Below are positions 46,348-55,242 of a DNA stretch of 58,253 nucleotides, in pieces. The notes below the pieces were generated by a model that saw only the letters and a program-made list of their open reading frames with translations, made no database searches and had not been told where the DNA came from. The position numbers and the translations under genes were made by a program. The DNA lies in IMG/VR virus record IMGVR_UViG_3300022723_000216, positions 1 through 58,253 of that record. One strand, written 5' to 3'. Position 1 is the first letter of the stretch; every line of letters begins with the position of its first letter. Source of the stretch: a virus. Lineage: Duplodnaviria > Caudoviricetes.

Positions 46348-47849
46348 TGAATCGGCTTCTCCTCCCGCGACAGTCGCGAGTAGTGCGAAGCGGGATGCAG
46401 GTGGGGGTCGAACCAGGCCACGATGCCGGCTTGCAGAAACGCCTGGCGGATCTGCACGGGAAGGTCGAACCCCAGCACCGAAACGGCGCGTGGCTCGACC
46501 GGGTGAAACGAAAAGATCCCATCGGCGCTGCCCCGCACGTGGCCGTACCAGCCGCGCTGGGCGTCGAAGTGTCGCGCCGAGACGAGCGTGGCATCGTGGC
46601 ACCGCCGGCAGGCCACGTAATCGCTGCCCATGAACGTGCCGTCGTAGTTTTGCGGGACGATGGAAAACGCCTGTCGGCTGGTGGGCGCGAACGCGTGGCC
46701 CTCGCCCTCGTTGGGGCTGGCCCACCAGGCGCCCTCGGCCGACTTGAACGGCGTCGAGTCGAGCAGGGCGGCCGCCGTCGCCTCGGGCAGGGCCGGGAGC
46801 TCGTCGACCAGCGCGGTCCCGTCGAAGCCGGGGTGCGTGCGATGCCTGCCGACCAGCCGTTGCTGCCTGAGGTGCGTTCGCCGCGGAACCGATTGCGCGG
46901 TCTGGGGGTCGACCTCGGCCAGCCGGGCTAGGAATTCCTCGCGCGTGGGGAACGGCCGGAAAATATCGACGTCCCAGTAGTCCTTGCGCCGCTTGCGCAC
47001 GCGGATCTCGAACGTGTGGGTCACGCCGCGCGAGTCGGCCAGCGTCAACACCTCGGCAATGACCGTGCCGACTGGAAAGATCCACTTCAAGCCGACGTGG
47101 GCGCCGTGCGGGTTGTACGGCAGTCGCTCGCGCCACAGCACGACGGGCCAGCGGACGCCGTTGGCCGCTTGGGGTAGCGCTAGCATCTTGAAGCCGGCCA
47201 CGCGACCTTCCGCCCGGTCGCTGCCACCTGGCATGAGCCAGGGGAAATCGACGTTGGGGTTGCCGCCAAAGCCGTCGGGCAGGCCGTCGTCGGTCGGGTC
47301 ACCGCTGAGGTTGTTCAGCGGCGAGTGGAACGTGCCGTGGAACTGGTAGGCGGCCGGTATCTCGCGGTCGCTGTAGTACAGGGTCGACGGGTCGAGAAAC
47401 AGCGCCTGCATGTCCTTGTCGTCGAGCGCCGGCAGCGACCGGCGGCAGGCGTCGAGCTTGGCAGCCGACATGATCTGGAACCCGCGCGGCTGTTCGGCCG
47501 CGCGCTTCTTGCCCGGTCGGCCGAGCAGCTCTACCAACCGCGCTTCGCTCGTGGCGCCCACCACGCGCCCGGTGATCCGGCCCTCGGTGGCGACCAGAAA
47601 CGTGGGCAGGCCCTTGATGTCGTGCGCGGCCCATTCGCTGGGGACGCGCTGGCTGCAATCGACGTTGACCACCTGGTGGCCGGCGGCCGCGATGCGTGCG
47701 ATCACCGGCTTCATGCCCTGGCAGGGGCCGCACCAGCTGGCAGTGAACGTGTACAGCACCGTCTCGCCGTGACAGAGGCACGCGCGAAGCAGTCCGATCA
47801 GCAGGACGCCGACCAGCACGCTCAGTCGAATTCGATGCGCTTCGCTCAT
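46344..47849 (-). CDS. Exported thioredoxin-domain protein with a CxxCH motif
   Basis: N-terminal TM; FTASWCGPC; LPTF; CRRCH near the C-terminus. Confidence 0.8.
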   Translation of the reverse strand: MSEAHRIRLSVLVGVLLIGLLRACLCHGETVLYTFTASWCGPCQGMKPVIARIAAAGHQVVNVDCSQRVPSEWAAHDIKGLPTFLVATEGRITGRVVGATSEARLVELLGRPGKKRAAEQPRGFQIMSAAKLDACRRSLPALDDKDMQALFLDPSTLYYSDREIPAAYQFHGTFHSPLNNLSGDPTDDGLPDGFGGNPNVDFPWLMPGGSDRAEGRVAGFKMLALPQAANGVRWPVVLWRERLPYNPHGAHVGLKWIFPVGTVIAEVLTLADSRGVTHTFEIRVRKRRKDYWDVDIFRPFPTREEFLARLAEVDPQTAQSVPRRTHLRQQRLVGRHRTHPGFDGTALVDELPALPEATAAALLDSTPFKSAEGAWWASPNEGEGHAFAPTSRQAFSIVPQNYDGTFMGSDYVACRRCHDATLVSARHFDAQRGWYGHVRGSADGIFSFHPVEPRAVSVLGFDLPVQIRQAFLQAGIVAWFDPHLHPASHYSRLSREEKPIQ

Positions 47850-48160
47850 CGCATGTGGGTCCAGGGCCGTTGCCGGATGCCCAGTGCGCCGCGCACGACG
47901 CGGCCGGCGAAGTAGGGCAGCGAACCGGGCTGCGGATAGCGCGAGGTGTACAGCGGGCGCCATGCGGTGCCCTCCTCGGAGCGGGCGAGCATCACGTAGC
48001 GTCCGGTGGTCACGTCGTAGGCCATCATGCAGGGCACGCAGCCGCCGGGCTGGCACGCCGGGCCGGCGGCCGGTGGTTGGGGTTGCGGCTGCTGTGCTGG
48101 GGCGATCGCGGCGGCACTCAGCACGACGACAAAGACGAGCAGTAGCGAGACCAGTTTCAT
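47846..48160 (-). CDS. Secreted hypothetical protein
   Basis: Signal peptide MKLVSLLLVFVVVLSAAAIA; GGAG RBS. Confidence 0.65.
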   Translation of the reverse strand: MKLVSLLLVFVVVLSAAAIAPAQQPQPQPPAAGPACQPGGCVPCMMAYDVTTGRYVMLARSEEGTAWRPLYTSRYPQPGSLPYFAGRVVRGALGIRQRPWTHMR

Positions 48161-48210
48161 GTCGCACTCTCCATAAGCTTGGGCAGGGAGCCGTGTGTGG
48201 TCGACGGGTT

Positions 48211-48420
48211 TCATTGTTGTGGATTGGGCATGCCGGTGTAGGTGATATCGCCTGGTCGCACGTAGGCGAAATCGGATGGTCCGCCAGTCGCCATGTGCGG
48301 TCCGAGTTTGGTACCGAGGGGCGGCGTGGCGCTGGGAAGGCAATGCGGCAAAAGCCCACGGGCAAGTCCGTCACGCACGCCGTCTTGATACCCGCGCTCG
48401 TATTCCGGCCCGTTATCCAT
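48211..48420 (-). CDS. Hypothetical protein
   Basis: 69 aa; YERGYQDG motif. Confidence 0.5.
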   Translation of the reverse strand: MDNGPEYERGYQDGVRDGLARGLLPHCLPSATPPLGTKLGPHMATGGPSDFAYVRPGDITYTGMPNPQQ

Positions 48421-48424
48421 TGCT

Positions 48425-48643
48425 CTACTCCACGTCGCGGTTGAGCTCGATACGGCGCAGCGTCTTCAGCGCCTCGGCCTGGTCCCGCCGGCGTTGGTGC
48501 GAGCGGAGCACGCTCCGCGCGTAGCTATCGGGGCTGGCCACGACGCGGTGACCGATGGGCAGGGCGACCACGGCGGGGCGGGCCATGACGGCGGCCACGA
48601 TCGCGCTGCGCTCGGATGGTGCAAGGGGTGGGTCGTGGCTCAT
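48425..48643 (-). CDS. Hypothetical protein
   Basis: 72 aa; ATGA overlap. Confidence 0.45.
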   Translation of the reverse strand: MSHDPPLAPSERSAIVAAVMARPAVVALPIGHRVVASPDSYARSVLRSHQRRRDQAEALKTLRRIELNRDVE

Positions 48644-48817
48644 TCGACTTCCTCGATCGTCCAGCAGTCGTCGCAATAGTCCGTGTTCTCGACGAACTGG
48701 TACGGCAGGTAGAAATAGCCGTCGTCGCCCCAGCCGCGGCCGTAGGAGTTCATGGCCTTGATCCGCCGCAACGAGTCGTTGAAGCCCACGGCGGCACCAG
48801 CCGAATCGTCGTTTCAT
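48640..48817 (-). pseudogene. Papain-family (C1A) cysteine peptidase remnant
   Basis: MKRRFGW start joined out of frame to AVGFND...MNSYGRGWGDDGYFYLPY...DCWTI; catalytic Cys/His region missing. Confidence 0.8.
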
Positions 48818-48827
48818 CTTCGCCACC

Positions 48828-49541
48828 TCACGCGGCGATACCAAACAAGCGAACCATCGCGTCGCGCCGCTGGCGGGCCAGGCGGTCGCGCTCGGTGAAG
48901 CGGATCCGCGTTTCCTCGTCGGGGACCAGCGTCATCATGTACTCGTAGAACAGCGACCGGCTCACGTCCGACGGCTCGGTCATGCGGTCGGCCAGGTTGG
49001 CCACCGGGTCGACGCCGCCGCCGAGGCGGTCGGCGATCGACGTGGCCTCGCTGCAGAACGGCTGGCCGGCCGGCTCTTCGAAGTCGTCGGTCGAGACGTA
49101 GGTGAACAGCCGCACCAGCGGCAGGTGCGCGAGCGACACCTTGACGATGTGCCAGCGACCGTACGGGCGACCGGTGATCTCGATCATCTTGGCCAGCGCC
49201 CCCGCGCGGTCGTACGCGTGGCGATCGCCTCGGTTGGCCCGGTAGACGTCGATGCGGCCGGGGTGCAGCGCCACTTGGCTTTCCAGCGAGACGGCGCGGC
49301 CTCCCAGCCATTCGCGGATCTCGACGCACATCAGCTTGTCGTGCCACCAGCCGGCCTTGGCCGAGTGCGAGTGCACGCCGCGGCCGGCGGTGCGGATCAG
49401 CAGCGACGCCAGGCTATTGCCGCGAAACTGCAGCTGGTCGGCGTCTTTGATCTTCTTGCGCGTGAGCGGGTTCGACAGCGCGGCGTACACCCGCGGGGGC
49501 GGGGCACAACGGACGCTTTCGACCTTGGCGATGGGGCTCAT
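48828..49541 (-). CDS. Permuted papain-like NlpC/P60 (YiiX-like) amidase
   Basis: HSHS before FCSE, G.PY, EPSD. Confidence 0.8.
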   Translation of the reverse strand: MSPIAKVESVRCAPPPRVYAALSNPLTRKKIKDADQLQFRGNSLASLLIRTAGRGVHSHSAKAGWWHDKLMCVEIREWLGGRAVSLESQVALHPGRIDVYRANRGDRHAYDRAGALAKMIEITGRPYGRWHIVKVSLAHLPLVRLFTYVSTDDFEEPAGQPFCSEATSIADRLGGGVDPVANLADRMTEPSDVSRSLFYEYMMTLVPDEETRIRFTERDRLARQRRDAMVRLFGIAA

Positions 49542-49557
49542 GGTTCTCGCCCGGGCA

Positions 49558-49619
49558 ACAAAAAAAGCGGACGCTGATGGTCCCGGGTACGACTCACCCA
49601 GAACGATCAACGTCCGCTT
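49558..49619 (-). terminator. Long hairpin terminator before the peptidase/late block
   Basis: AAAGCGGACG...CGTCCGCTTTTTTT on the minus strand. Confidence 0.7.
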
Positions 49620-49964
49620 TGCGGAGCGCTGTTTCGGCACGACTCGCCGAAATCAGATTGTACGGTTCAGACTACGTTAGGGTCATCTTCGTGGGCCTTG
49701 GTTGGTGGCTTGTGCGAAGCACGGTCGCGTCAGATCCCATTCAACCGCCGCCTCGGAGGGATGTCAAGGTTTTGGGCTTCCGCGTGACCATGTTGGCCCG
49801 CTGAGGATCGTCTTGCCGGTAGTCCAGCCAAGGCACGTCGCCGTTATGGTCCGTGACGGCAAGTCGTACGGGCGCCTCGCCTTGAGCCAGGGCGAGCGTA
49901 AACCCTGGCAGCACCCAGGATTCGCCCGGCTGCAGCAGAAAGTTTCTGGTGCCTTCAGGTTGCG

Positions 49965-50840
49965 TCACGCTATCACTTCCCATCCCGACTTGGTCACCCG
50001 GAAGCGATCGCCATGTTCACGAAGCGTGTTCTTGACCTCGACGTTCGAGGCCTCGACGGCTAGCGAGATCACCGGAATGCCGACCGGGCCCTCGGCCCGC
50101 AGGAACTTCCCGATCCGGTCGGCCAACGTCGGAGTTGGCCTTTCGGGTGGCGCCGGTTTGCCGGCGCCTGGCCGGCGTGGCGGCGGCGGGTCTTCGAACT
50201 CGTCGACCCCAGGCGGCCCAGGTGGGCCCGTGGCGCTAGGCCGTGCCGGCGCTTGGCCCCGAGCGGCCAACGTCCACCGCTTGCCCGCTGGGGCGAACTC
50301 TGGCGATTCCTTGAGCATTGCCAGCGCATCCGCCTCCGGGATCGAGCACGCGACGGCGATCTCCGATTTGCGCTTCGCACAACCGGCTGCCTTCAGGAAG
50401 GTGACCGCGAGCTTGACGTGTCGCTTTCGGTCGCCGGCGTCCGGCCGGTGCGCGAGCCGCGGCTGCCGCTTCTTGCGTGGACCCTTTAGCTTCGGGGTGC
50501 GTCTCCCCGGGTTGGCGGAGGGTTCGACCGTTGCGTTGAGCGCCGGCGGCATTGGCTCGCGGCGCTCGAGGGCGAAGTCGGCCAGCGCGAACACTTCTGC
50601 GGGCGTGTCGCACTCGAACGAGACCCGCGCCGAAACTGGGGCACCATCGTCATCGACACAGACCTCGACTTCGCTCGCTCCGACGTCGTCGAGCCATTCG
50701 TCGACGGTCTGCCCATCGGCGGCGGCCTGCAGGTTGATAGCATGTCGCAGTTTCTTGAGGGCTCTGCGTTCGATCTGCCCCACGGCTTCGCGGGTGACGC
50801 CGGCCGCGTCGGCGATCTGCTTTTGCGTGTAGGTCCTCAT
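49965..50840 (-). CDS. Sigma-70 region 4 HTH protein (candidate late regulator)
   Basis: TQKQIADAAGVTREAVGQIERRALKKLR. Confidence 0.75.
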   Translation of the reverse strand: MRTYTQKQIADAAGVTREAVGQIERRALKKLRHAINLQAAADGQTVDEWLDDVGASEVEVCVDDDGAPVSARVSFECDTPAEVFALADFALERREPMPPALNATVEPSANPGRRTPKLKGPRKKRQPRLAHRPDAGDRKRHVKLAVTFLKAAGCAKRKSEIAVACSIPEADALAMLKESPEFAPAGKRWTLAARGQAPARPSATGPPGPPGVDEFEDPPPPRRPGAGKPAPPERPTPTLADRIGKFLRAEGPVGIPVISLAVEASNVEVKNTLREHGDRFRVTKSGWEVIA

Positions 50841-51055
50841 GCGGTCCGCACCTCGCATTCCTCGACCACGTACGTCTCGTAGTTCCCAGCCAGGACGCGC
50901 CGGCCGCGCTCGTCTGTCCGCCAGGTCGTGTCGCGGACCCGGGCGGCCTGCTCGGCGATCTGCTCGGCGACCTCTTGGCTGGCGCAAATGGCAATGGTCT
51001 CGCAGTGCCAGTCGGCGCTTTCGTATTCGCGGTCGACGGTCCATACCGTGCTCAT
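50837..51055 (-). CDS. Hypothetical protein
   Basis: 72 aa; coupled overlaps. Confidence 0.6.
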   Translation of the reverse strand: MSTVWTVDREYESADWHCETIAICASQEVAEQIAEQAARVRDTTWRTDERGRRVLAGNYETYVVEECEVRTA

Positions 51056-51612
51056 CAAAACAACTCCGGGTCGTGTTGCTTTCGGGTGGGCGGTTTCTTT
51101 TTCTTACGCGTCGGCGCTTGGAACGTCGTGTCGTGCGGCGGGCCCGGCGCGCCGGTGCGATGGTGCTCGGATAGCAGCAGGATCCACAGCGCGTCGACCT
51201 CGTTCTCTTCCTTGATGGGCTTCCACTGCGGGTAATGTTGGTGCAGCGCCCGGAGCATGTCCGGCTTGCCGTAGCTGCCGTGGCCGGCGAACGCCTTGAT
51301 GCTGGTCGGGCTGAAGTCCGCCCAGGACGCGTCGATCTTGGCGGCGGTCGCCAGGATGATGCCGCGCACCTGGTTGTGAAACTGCTTGGTCTGCAGGAAG
51401 TCGCCGCCGTACGCCGAGCGTTCGAACACGATGCGATCGATTCCCAGTCGGCTGTGCGTTTCGAGAATCAGCCGCTCGAGCCGCACCAGCGGCAGGCCGG
51501 CGTGCTCGCTGGCGCCGCCTTTGAGCATCCACACGCCCGACCGCACGTCGCTGCCGTCGGTCCAGGCCCAGCCGGTGCGCGTCGCGGGGTCGAGTGCCAG
51601 CGTGGGGATCAT
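51055..51612 (-). CDS. ruvC: RuvC-like Holliday junction resolvase
   Basis: LALDPATRTGWA, IVFE, PTSIKAFAGHG...K.DM, NEVDAL. Confidence 0.85.
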   Translation of the reverse strand: MIPTLALDPATRTGWAWTDGSDVRSGVWMLKGGASEHAGLPLVRLERLILETHSRLGIDRIVFERSAYGGDFLQTKQFHNQVRGIILATAAKIDASWADFSPTSIKAFAGHGSYGKPDMLRALHQHYPQWKPIKEENEVDALWILLLSEHHRTGAPGPPHDTTFQAPTRKKKKPPTRKQHDPELF

Positions 51613-51646
51613 CACACGAACCTTTGTGGATACATGGCCTTGGTGC

Positions 51647-53049
51647 GTTGGTGTAACGTTTCTTCTGTAAACAGCATTCAAGGAATTCGCGTGTGGGGCT
51701 TGGCGGAGCGGAGGCGAGCGCAAGCGAGCCGAAGCGGAGCCAAGCCCCACACGCGGTGGCGAGCTTGAAAGGGGTGGGCCAAAGTGGTTTCCTTTTGATT
51801 TTGTTCTCTACGCAAAACGAAAGGAGTCTCCCCGATGGCCCACCACGATCAATCTAACGCACGCGACGAAGTTGTCCACCTCCTGGCCGAGCACGGATTC
51901 GACGGCATGGCTCAGGCACTCGAAACCCTCTTCAACGAAGCCATGAAGCTCGAACGCTCCGCCGTCCTGGGAGCCGCACCGTATGAGCGCACCGAAGCGC
52001 GACGCGGCTATGCCAACGGTTTCAAGCCCAAGACCGTCACCAGCCGCCTGGGCAAGCTGCACTTGCAGGTGCCGCAGACGCGCGGCGTCGAGTTCTACCC
52101 GTCCGCACTCGAACGGGGCGAACGCAGCGAACGGGCGTTGAAGCTCGCCCTGGCCGAGATGTACGTGCAAGGCGTCTCCACACGCAAAGTGGCCGAGATC
52201 ACCCGCGAACTGTGCGGTTGCGATGTCTCCAGCACGCAAGTCAGCCGGGCGGCCGAGCTGCTCGATGCCGAACTGGAAGTGTGGCGTAATCGCCCGCTGG
52301 GCGCGACGCCTTACCTGATGCTCGATGCACGTTACGAAAAAGTCCGGCACGGCGGCAGCGTCATCGATTGCGCCGTGCTGATTGCCATCGGCGTCACGCC
52401 CGACGGGCGGCGCTCGATCCTGGGCGTCAGCGTCTCCCTCTCCGAGGCCGAGGTGCACTGGCGGTCGTTCCTCGCGTCGCTTATCGACCGCGGCCTGCAC
52501 GGCGTGCGGCTGATCACCAGCGACGATCATGCCGGGCTGGGCCAGGCGCGTCGGGCCTGCTTCCCCAGCGTGCCCTGGCAGCGCTGCCAGTTCCACCTGG
52601 TGCAGAACGCCTTGCACTACGTGCCGAAGTTGCCGATGCGGCGCGAAGTGGCCCGCGATCTGCGCGGCGTGTGGGATGCCCCCGATCGCAGCGAAGCCGA
52701 GCGGCAACTGGCCGTGCTCGTCAAGAAATACCAGGCCATCGCGCCGAAGCTTGCCACCTGGCTGGAAGCCAACGTGCCCGAAGGGCTGACCGTGTTCGCC
52801 TTGCCGGCCGAGCATCGTCGCCGATTGCGGACCAGCAATCCGCTCGAACGCCTCAACGAAGAAATCAAACGCCGCACACGCGTCGCCACGTTGTTCCCCA
52901 ACGAAGCCTCGCTGTTGCGGCTCGTCACCGCCATCCTCCAAGAAACCAGCGAAGACTGGGAAACCGGAAAGGTCTATCTCACCCTGGAAACCAACTAACC
53001 CACCCCAACCAAGCTCACACGGCATTTACAGAAAAATGGTTGCTCAATC
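51647..53049 (+). mobile_element. IS256-family insertion sequence
   Basis: Imperfect 25-bp terminal IRs ending TTCTGTAAA; 8-bp TSD CTTGGTGC at 51639-51646 and 53050-53057. Confidence 0.93.
51835..52998 (+). CDS. IS256-family (mutator) transposase
   Basis: YVQGVSTRKV, LDARYEKVR, SDDHAGL, WQRCQFH, RTSNPLERLNEEIKRR. Confidence 0.97.
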   Translation: MAHHDQSNARDEVVHLLAEHGFDGMAQALETLFNEAMKLERSAVLGAAPYERTEARRGYANGFKPKTVTSRLGKLHLQVPQTRGVEFYPSALERGERSERALKLALAEMYVQGVSTRKVAEITRELCGCDVSSTQVSRAAELLDAELEVWRNRPLGATPYLMLDARYEKVRHGGSVIDCAVLIAIGVTPDGRRSILGVSVSLSEAEVHWRSFLASLIDRGLHGVRLITSDDHAGLGQARRACFPSVPWQRCQFHLVQNALHYVPKLPMRREVARDLRGVWDAPDRSEAERQLAVLVKKYQAIAPKLATWLEANVPEGLTVFALPAEHRRRLRTSNPLERLNEEIKRRTRVATLFPNEASLLRLVTAILQETSEDWETGKVYLTLETN

Positions 53050-53167
53050 CTTGGTGCGCGGGTCGCTCCACACAAGGCGGCTTGCCTTTTTCTTGGGTAA
53101 CTATATACTAGGTGCATAATGACTTACGGCTATTTCCTAAAATATGCCTCATTTTGAGGCTAGATAC

Positions 53168-53195
53168 TTGACGCATAATCTGCCGACAGTATAAT
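53168..53195 (+). promoter_or_regulatory. Near-consensus sigma70 promoter inside the IS1595 element
   Basis: TTGACG-16 bp-TATAAT. Confidence 0.75.
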
Positions 53196-53281
53196 AGGGT
53201 CATGCGAGGCACAAAGCCCCGCAACTCGCCGACTGAGGGAGTCGGAGTCGCGGCCCGCGACGCCGCAAGGAAAAGACAAAC

Positions 53282-53476
53282 ATGTCGAAGAATGACACCT
53301 ACCTGCTGACCGGAAACACCTACCCCCACCGCGACAAAATCAAGAGCATCGGCGGCAAATGGGACGCCGACAAAAAGGGGTGGGTTGTTGCGGCCGGCAA
53401 CATGCGTCAGCGGGCCACTCAGTCGGCTGTGATCCATTCGCTCAAGAGCCAGGGCGTCACTGTCTCGACTATCTAG
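53282..53476 (+). CDS. IS passenger, small protein
   Basis: GNTYPHRDKIKSIGGKWDADKKGW, a motif typical of small MGE proteins. Confidence 0.7.
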   Translation: MSKNDTYLLTGNTYPHRDKIKSIGGKWDADKKGWVVAAGNMRQRATQSAVIHSLKSQGVTVSTI

Positions 53477-53558
53477 CGATCCTTTGCCCGCGCCGTCCGG
53501 CCTCGCAAGCCGGCCCACAAGGGAAGTGCGGCGCGGGCGACTTTTTTCGGAGGCTGCG

Positions 53559-53768
53559 ATGACCATATACGCACGAATCGGAGACGCGCAGTTAGTCAAG
53601 AGCGGGGATGGATGCGTCGGACTCTGGAACCCAACTACCAGAGGATGGATCGAGAGATGGGGGCTCGGCACAAACCATGCGGGGTTTGTCCGCGCGATGC
53701 TGGAGCTACCAGAACACCAATTGACGGACGTGGGTCGAGAGTGGCTGCACAAGCGAGTTGCGCAATGA
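53559..53768 (+). CDS. IS passenger, hypothetical protein
   Basis: GGAGG RBS; ATGA overlap with the transposase. Confidence 0.6.
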   Translation: MTIYARIGDAQLVKSGDGCVGLWNPTTRGWIERWGLGTNHAGFVRAMLELPEHQLTDVGREWLHKRVAQ

Positions 53769-54712
53769 CCGACACCCCGCAAACCCTCCTCGAAGCCGTC
53801 CAGTATTTCAGCGACTCCAAGATTTGCTTTTCCGCGATGCTCGTGGTCAAGTGGCCGGACGGTAAACCAGTCTGCCCCAAGTGTGGCCACGACGAGGCCT
53901 ACATAATCCGCACGCGGTCGATCCTCGATTGCAAAAAGTGCCGCAAGACCTACAGCGTCAAGGTAGGAGCGATCTTCGAGGATTCGCCATTGCCTCTGCA
54001 AAAGTGGTTCGTCGCCATCTGGTGCATCGCCAATGCGAAGAATGGCATCAGCAGTTGCGAACTTGGACGCGCTCTCGGCGTGACTCAAAAAACAGCCTGG
54101 TTCATGCTCCACCGGATTCGGCTGGCCATGCGCACAAAGTCGTTTCGTAAACTGGCCGGCGAAGTCGAATCCGACGAGACCTTTATCGGCGGTCGCGCCG
54201 CCAACATGCACAAGGGCGAGCGGGAGAAACGGATTCGCGGTCGTGGCGCAGTCGGCAAGGCCATCATCCAGGGATTGCTGCAGCGAGGCGGCGAAGCACG
54301 CATGTCTGTCGTACCGAACACGGACACTGAGACATTGCAGCCCAACGTGCGGCGCAACGTCGAGTGGGGATCGCAGGTCTACACCGACGCGCACGGCGGC
54401 TACGTCGGCCTGGACCTGTCGTTTTTTCACAAGACAGTCGACCACATTAGCCGCTACGTCGAGGGGCGGGTCCACACCAACGGCCTCGAAAACTTCTGGT
54501 CGCTGCTCAAGCGATCCTTGCAAGGCACCTACGTTGCCGTCGCTCCGTTCCACCTGCAACGCTACGTGGACGAGCAAGCGTTTCGATTCAACGAGAGACT
54601 GGGCAGCGATGGATCGCGATTCCGCCGCGTTCTGTCGGCCGTCGTCGGCAAGCGGTTGACCTACCGCGAGTTGACAGCCCAAGGCGACGCGGGATTCATG
54701 GGGATCAAATGA
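53765..54712 (+). CDS. IS1595-family transposase
   Basis: Zn ribbon CPKC...CKKC, GISS, VESDETFIGG, YTD, HTNGLENFWSLLKR. Confidence 0.96.
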   Translation: MTDTPQTLLEAVQYFSDSKICFSAMLVVKWPDGKPVCPKCGHDEAYIIRTRSILDCKKCRKTYSVKVGAIFEDSPLPLQKWFVAIWCIANAKNGISSCELGRALGVTQKTAWFMLHRIRLAMRTKSFRKLAGEVESDETFIGGRAANMHKGEREKRIRGRGAVGKAIIQGLLQRGGEARMSVVPNTDTETLQPNVRRNVEWGSQVYTDAHGGYVGLDLSFFHKTVDHISRYVEGRVHTNGLENFWSLLKRSLQGTYVAVAPFHLQRYVDEQAFRFNERLGSDGSRFRRVLSAVVGKRLTYRELTAQGDAGFMGIK

Positions 54713-54849
54713 GCCCGCGCAAACCGCAAGGATTGCCAGCGTTTGAATCGCTACTCGGAAAACTCTCGAAGGTGCCCAAGCGAGAACTGGACCGCGAAGT
54801 GACGAAGCACAAAAAGCGCGCAGCCAATCGCGCGAAGCGGAAGAAGTAG
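54709..54849 (+). CDS. Small basic ORF at the IS1595 right end
   Basis: MSPRKPQGLPAFESLLGKLSKVPKRELD...; ATGA overlap. Confidence 0.55.
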   Translation: MSPRKPQGLPAFESLLGKLSKVPKRELDREVTKHKKRAANRAKRKK

Positions 54850-54882
54850 GCAGGCAATTGGCGTTATGCGTCATGTGTATAG

Positions 54883-55242
54883 TTACCTTTTCTTGGACGT
54901 GGCCATTCCGACGAAGTAGGCGCGGCCGTCGGGTGAGACGAGGTAGGCGGCCCACTCGGCGCGTCCCAGGTGGTACAGCAGCTCGCACGACCAGAATCGC
55001 CCGTCGTGTCGCTGGCCATTCATCGGCCCGCCAACGCACACACGCATGTTTCGCCTGGCCCGGAAGCGGATCGTACGGTCGACGATCTCCTTGTTGCCGC
55101 GCTCGAGCAGCAGCGCGACGATGTCGCTGACACGCACTTCGGACGGGGACTCGATCAGCACGTCGCCGTCGAAGTCCATGGGAAAAGAGAACCCCAGGTG
55201 CTCCAGCAACCGCACGCCGTCAGTGAGGACCGGTGACGTCAC
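54883..55242 (-). pseudogene. Hypothetical gene whose 3' end is split by both IS elements
   Basis: Removing both IS and one TSD copy each restores ...TSKKKASRLVWSDPRTKAMYPQRFV*, ending at 51612. Confidence 0.75.

Larger units (their letters stand above)
53096..54887 (+). mobile_element. IS1595-family element with passenger genes
   Basis: IRs GGTAACTATATACTAGGTGCATAA / GGTAACTATACACATGACGCATAA; 8-bp TSD TTTTCTTG at 53088-53095 and 54888-54895. Confidence 0.92.

Noticed and set aside
46895-46906. 12-nt match to the spacer 3 reverse complement
   Set aside because: A GC-rich internal match with no extension, expected by chance.
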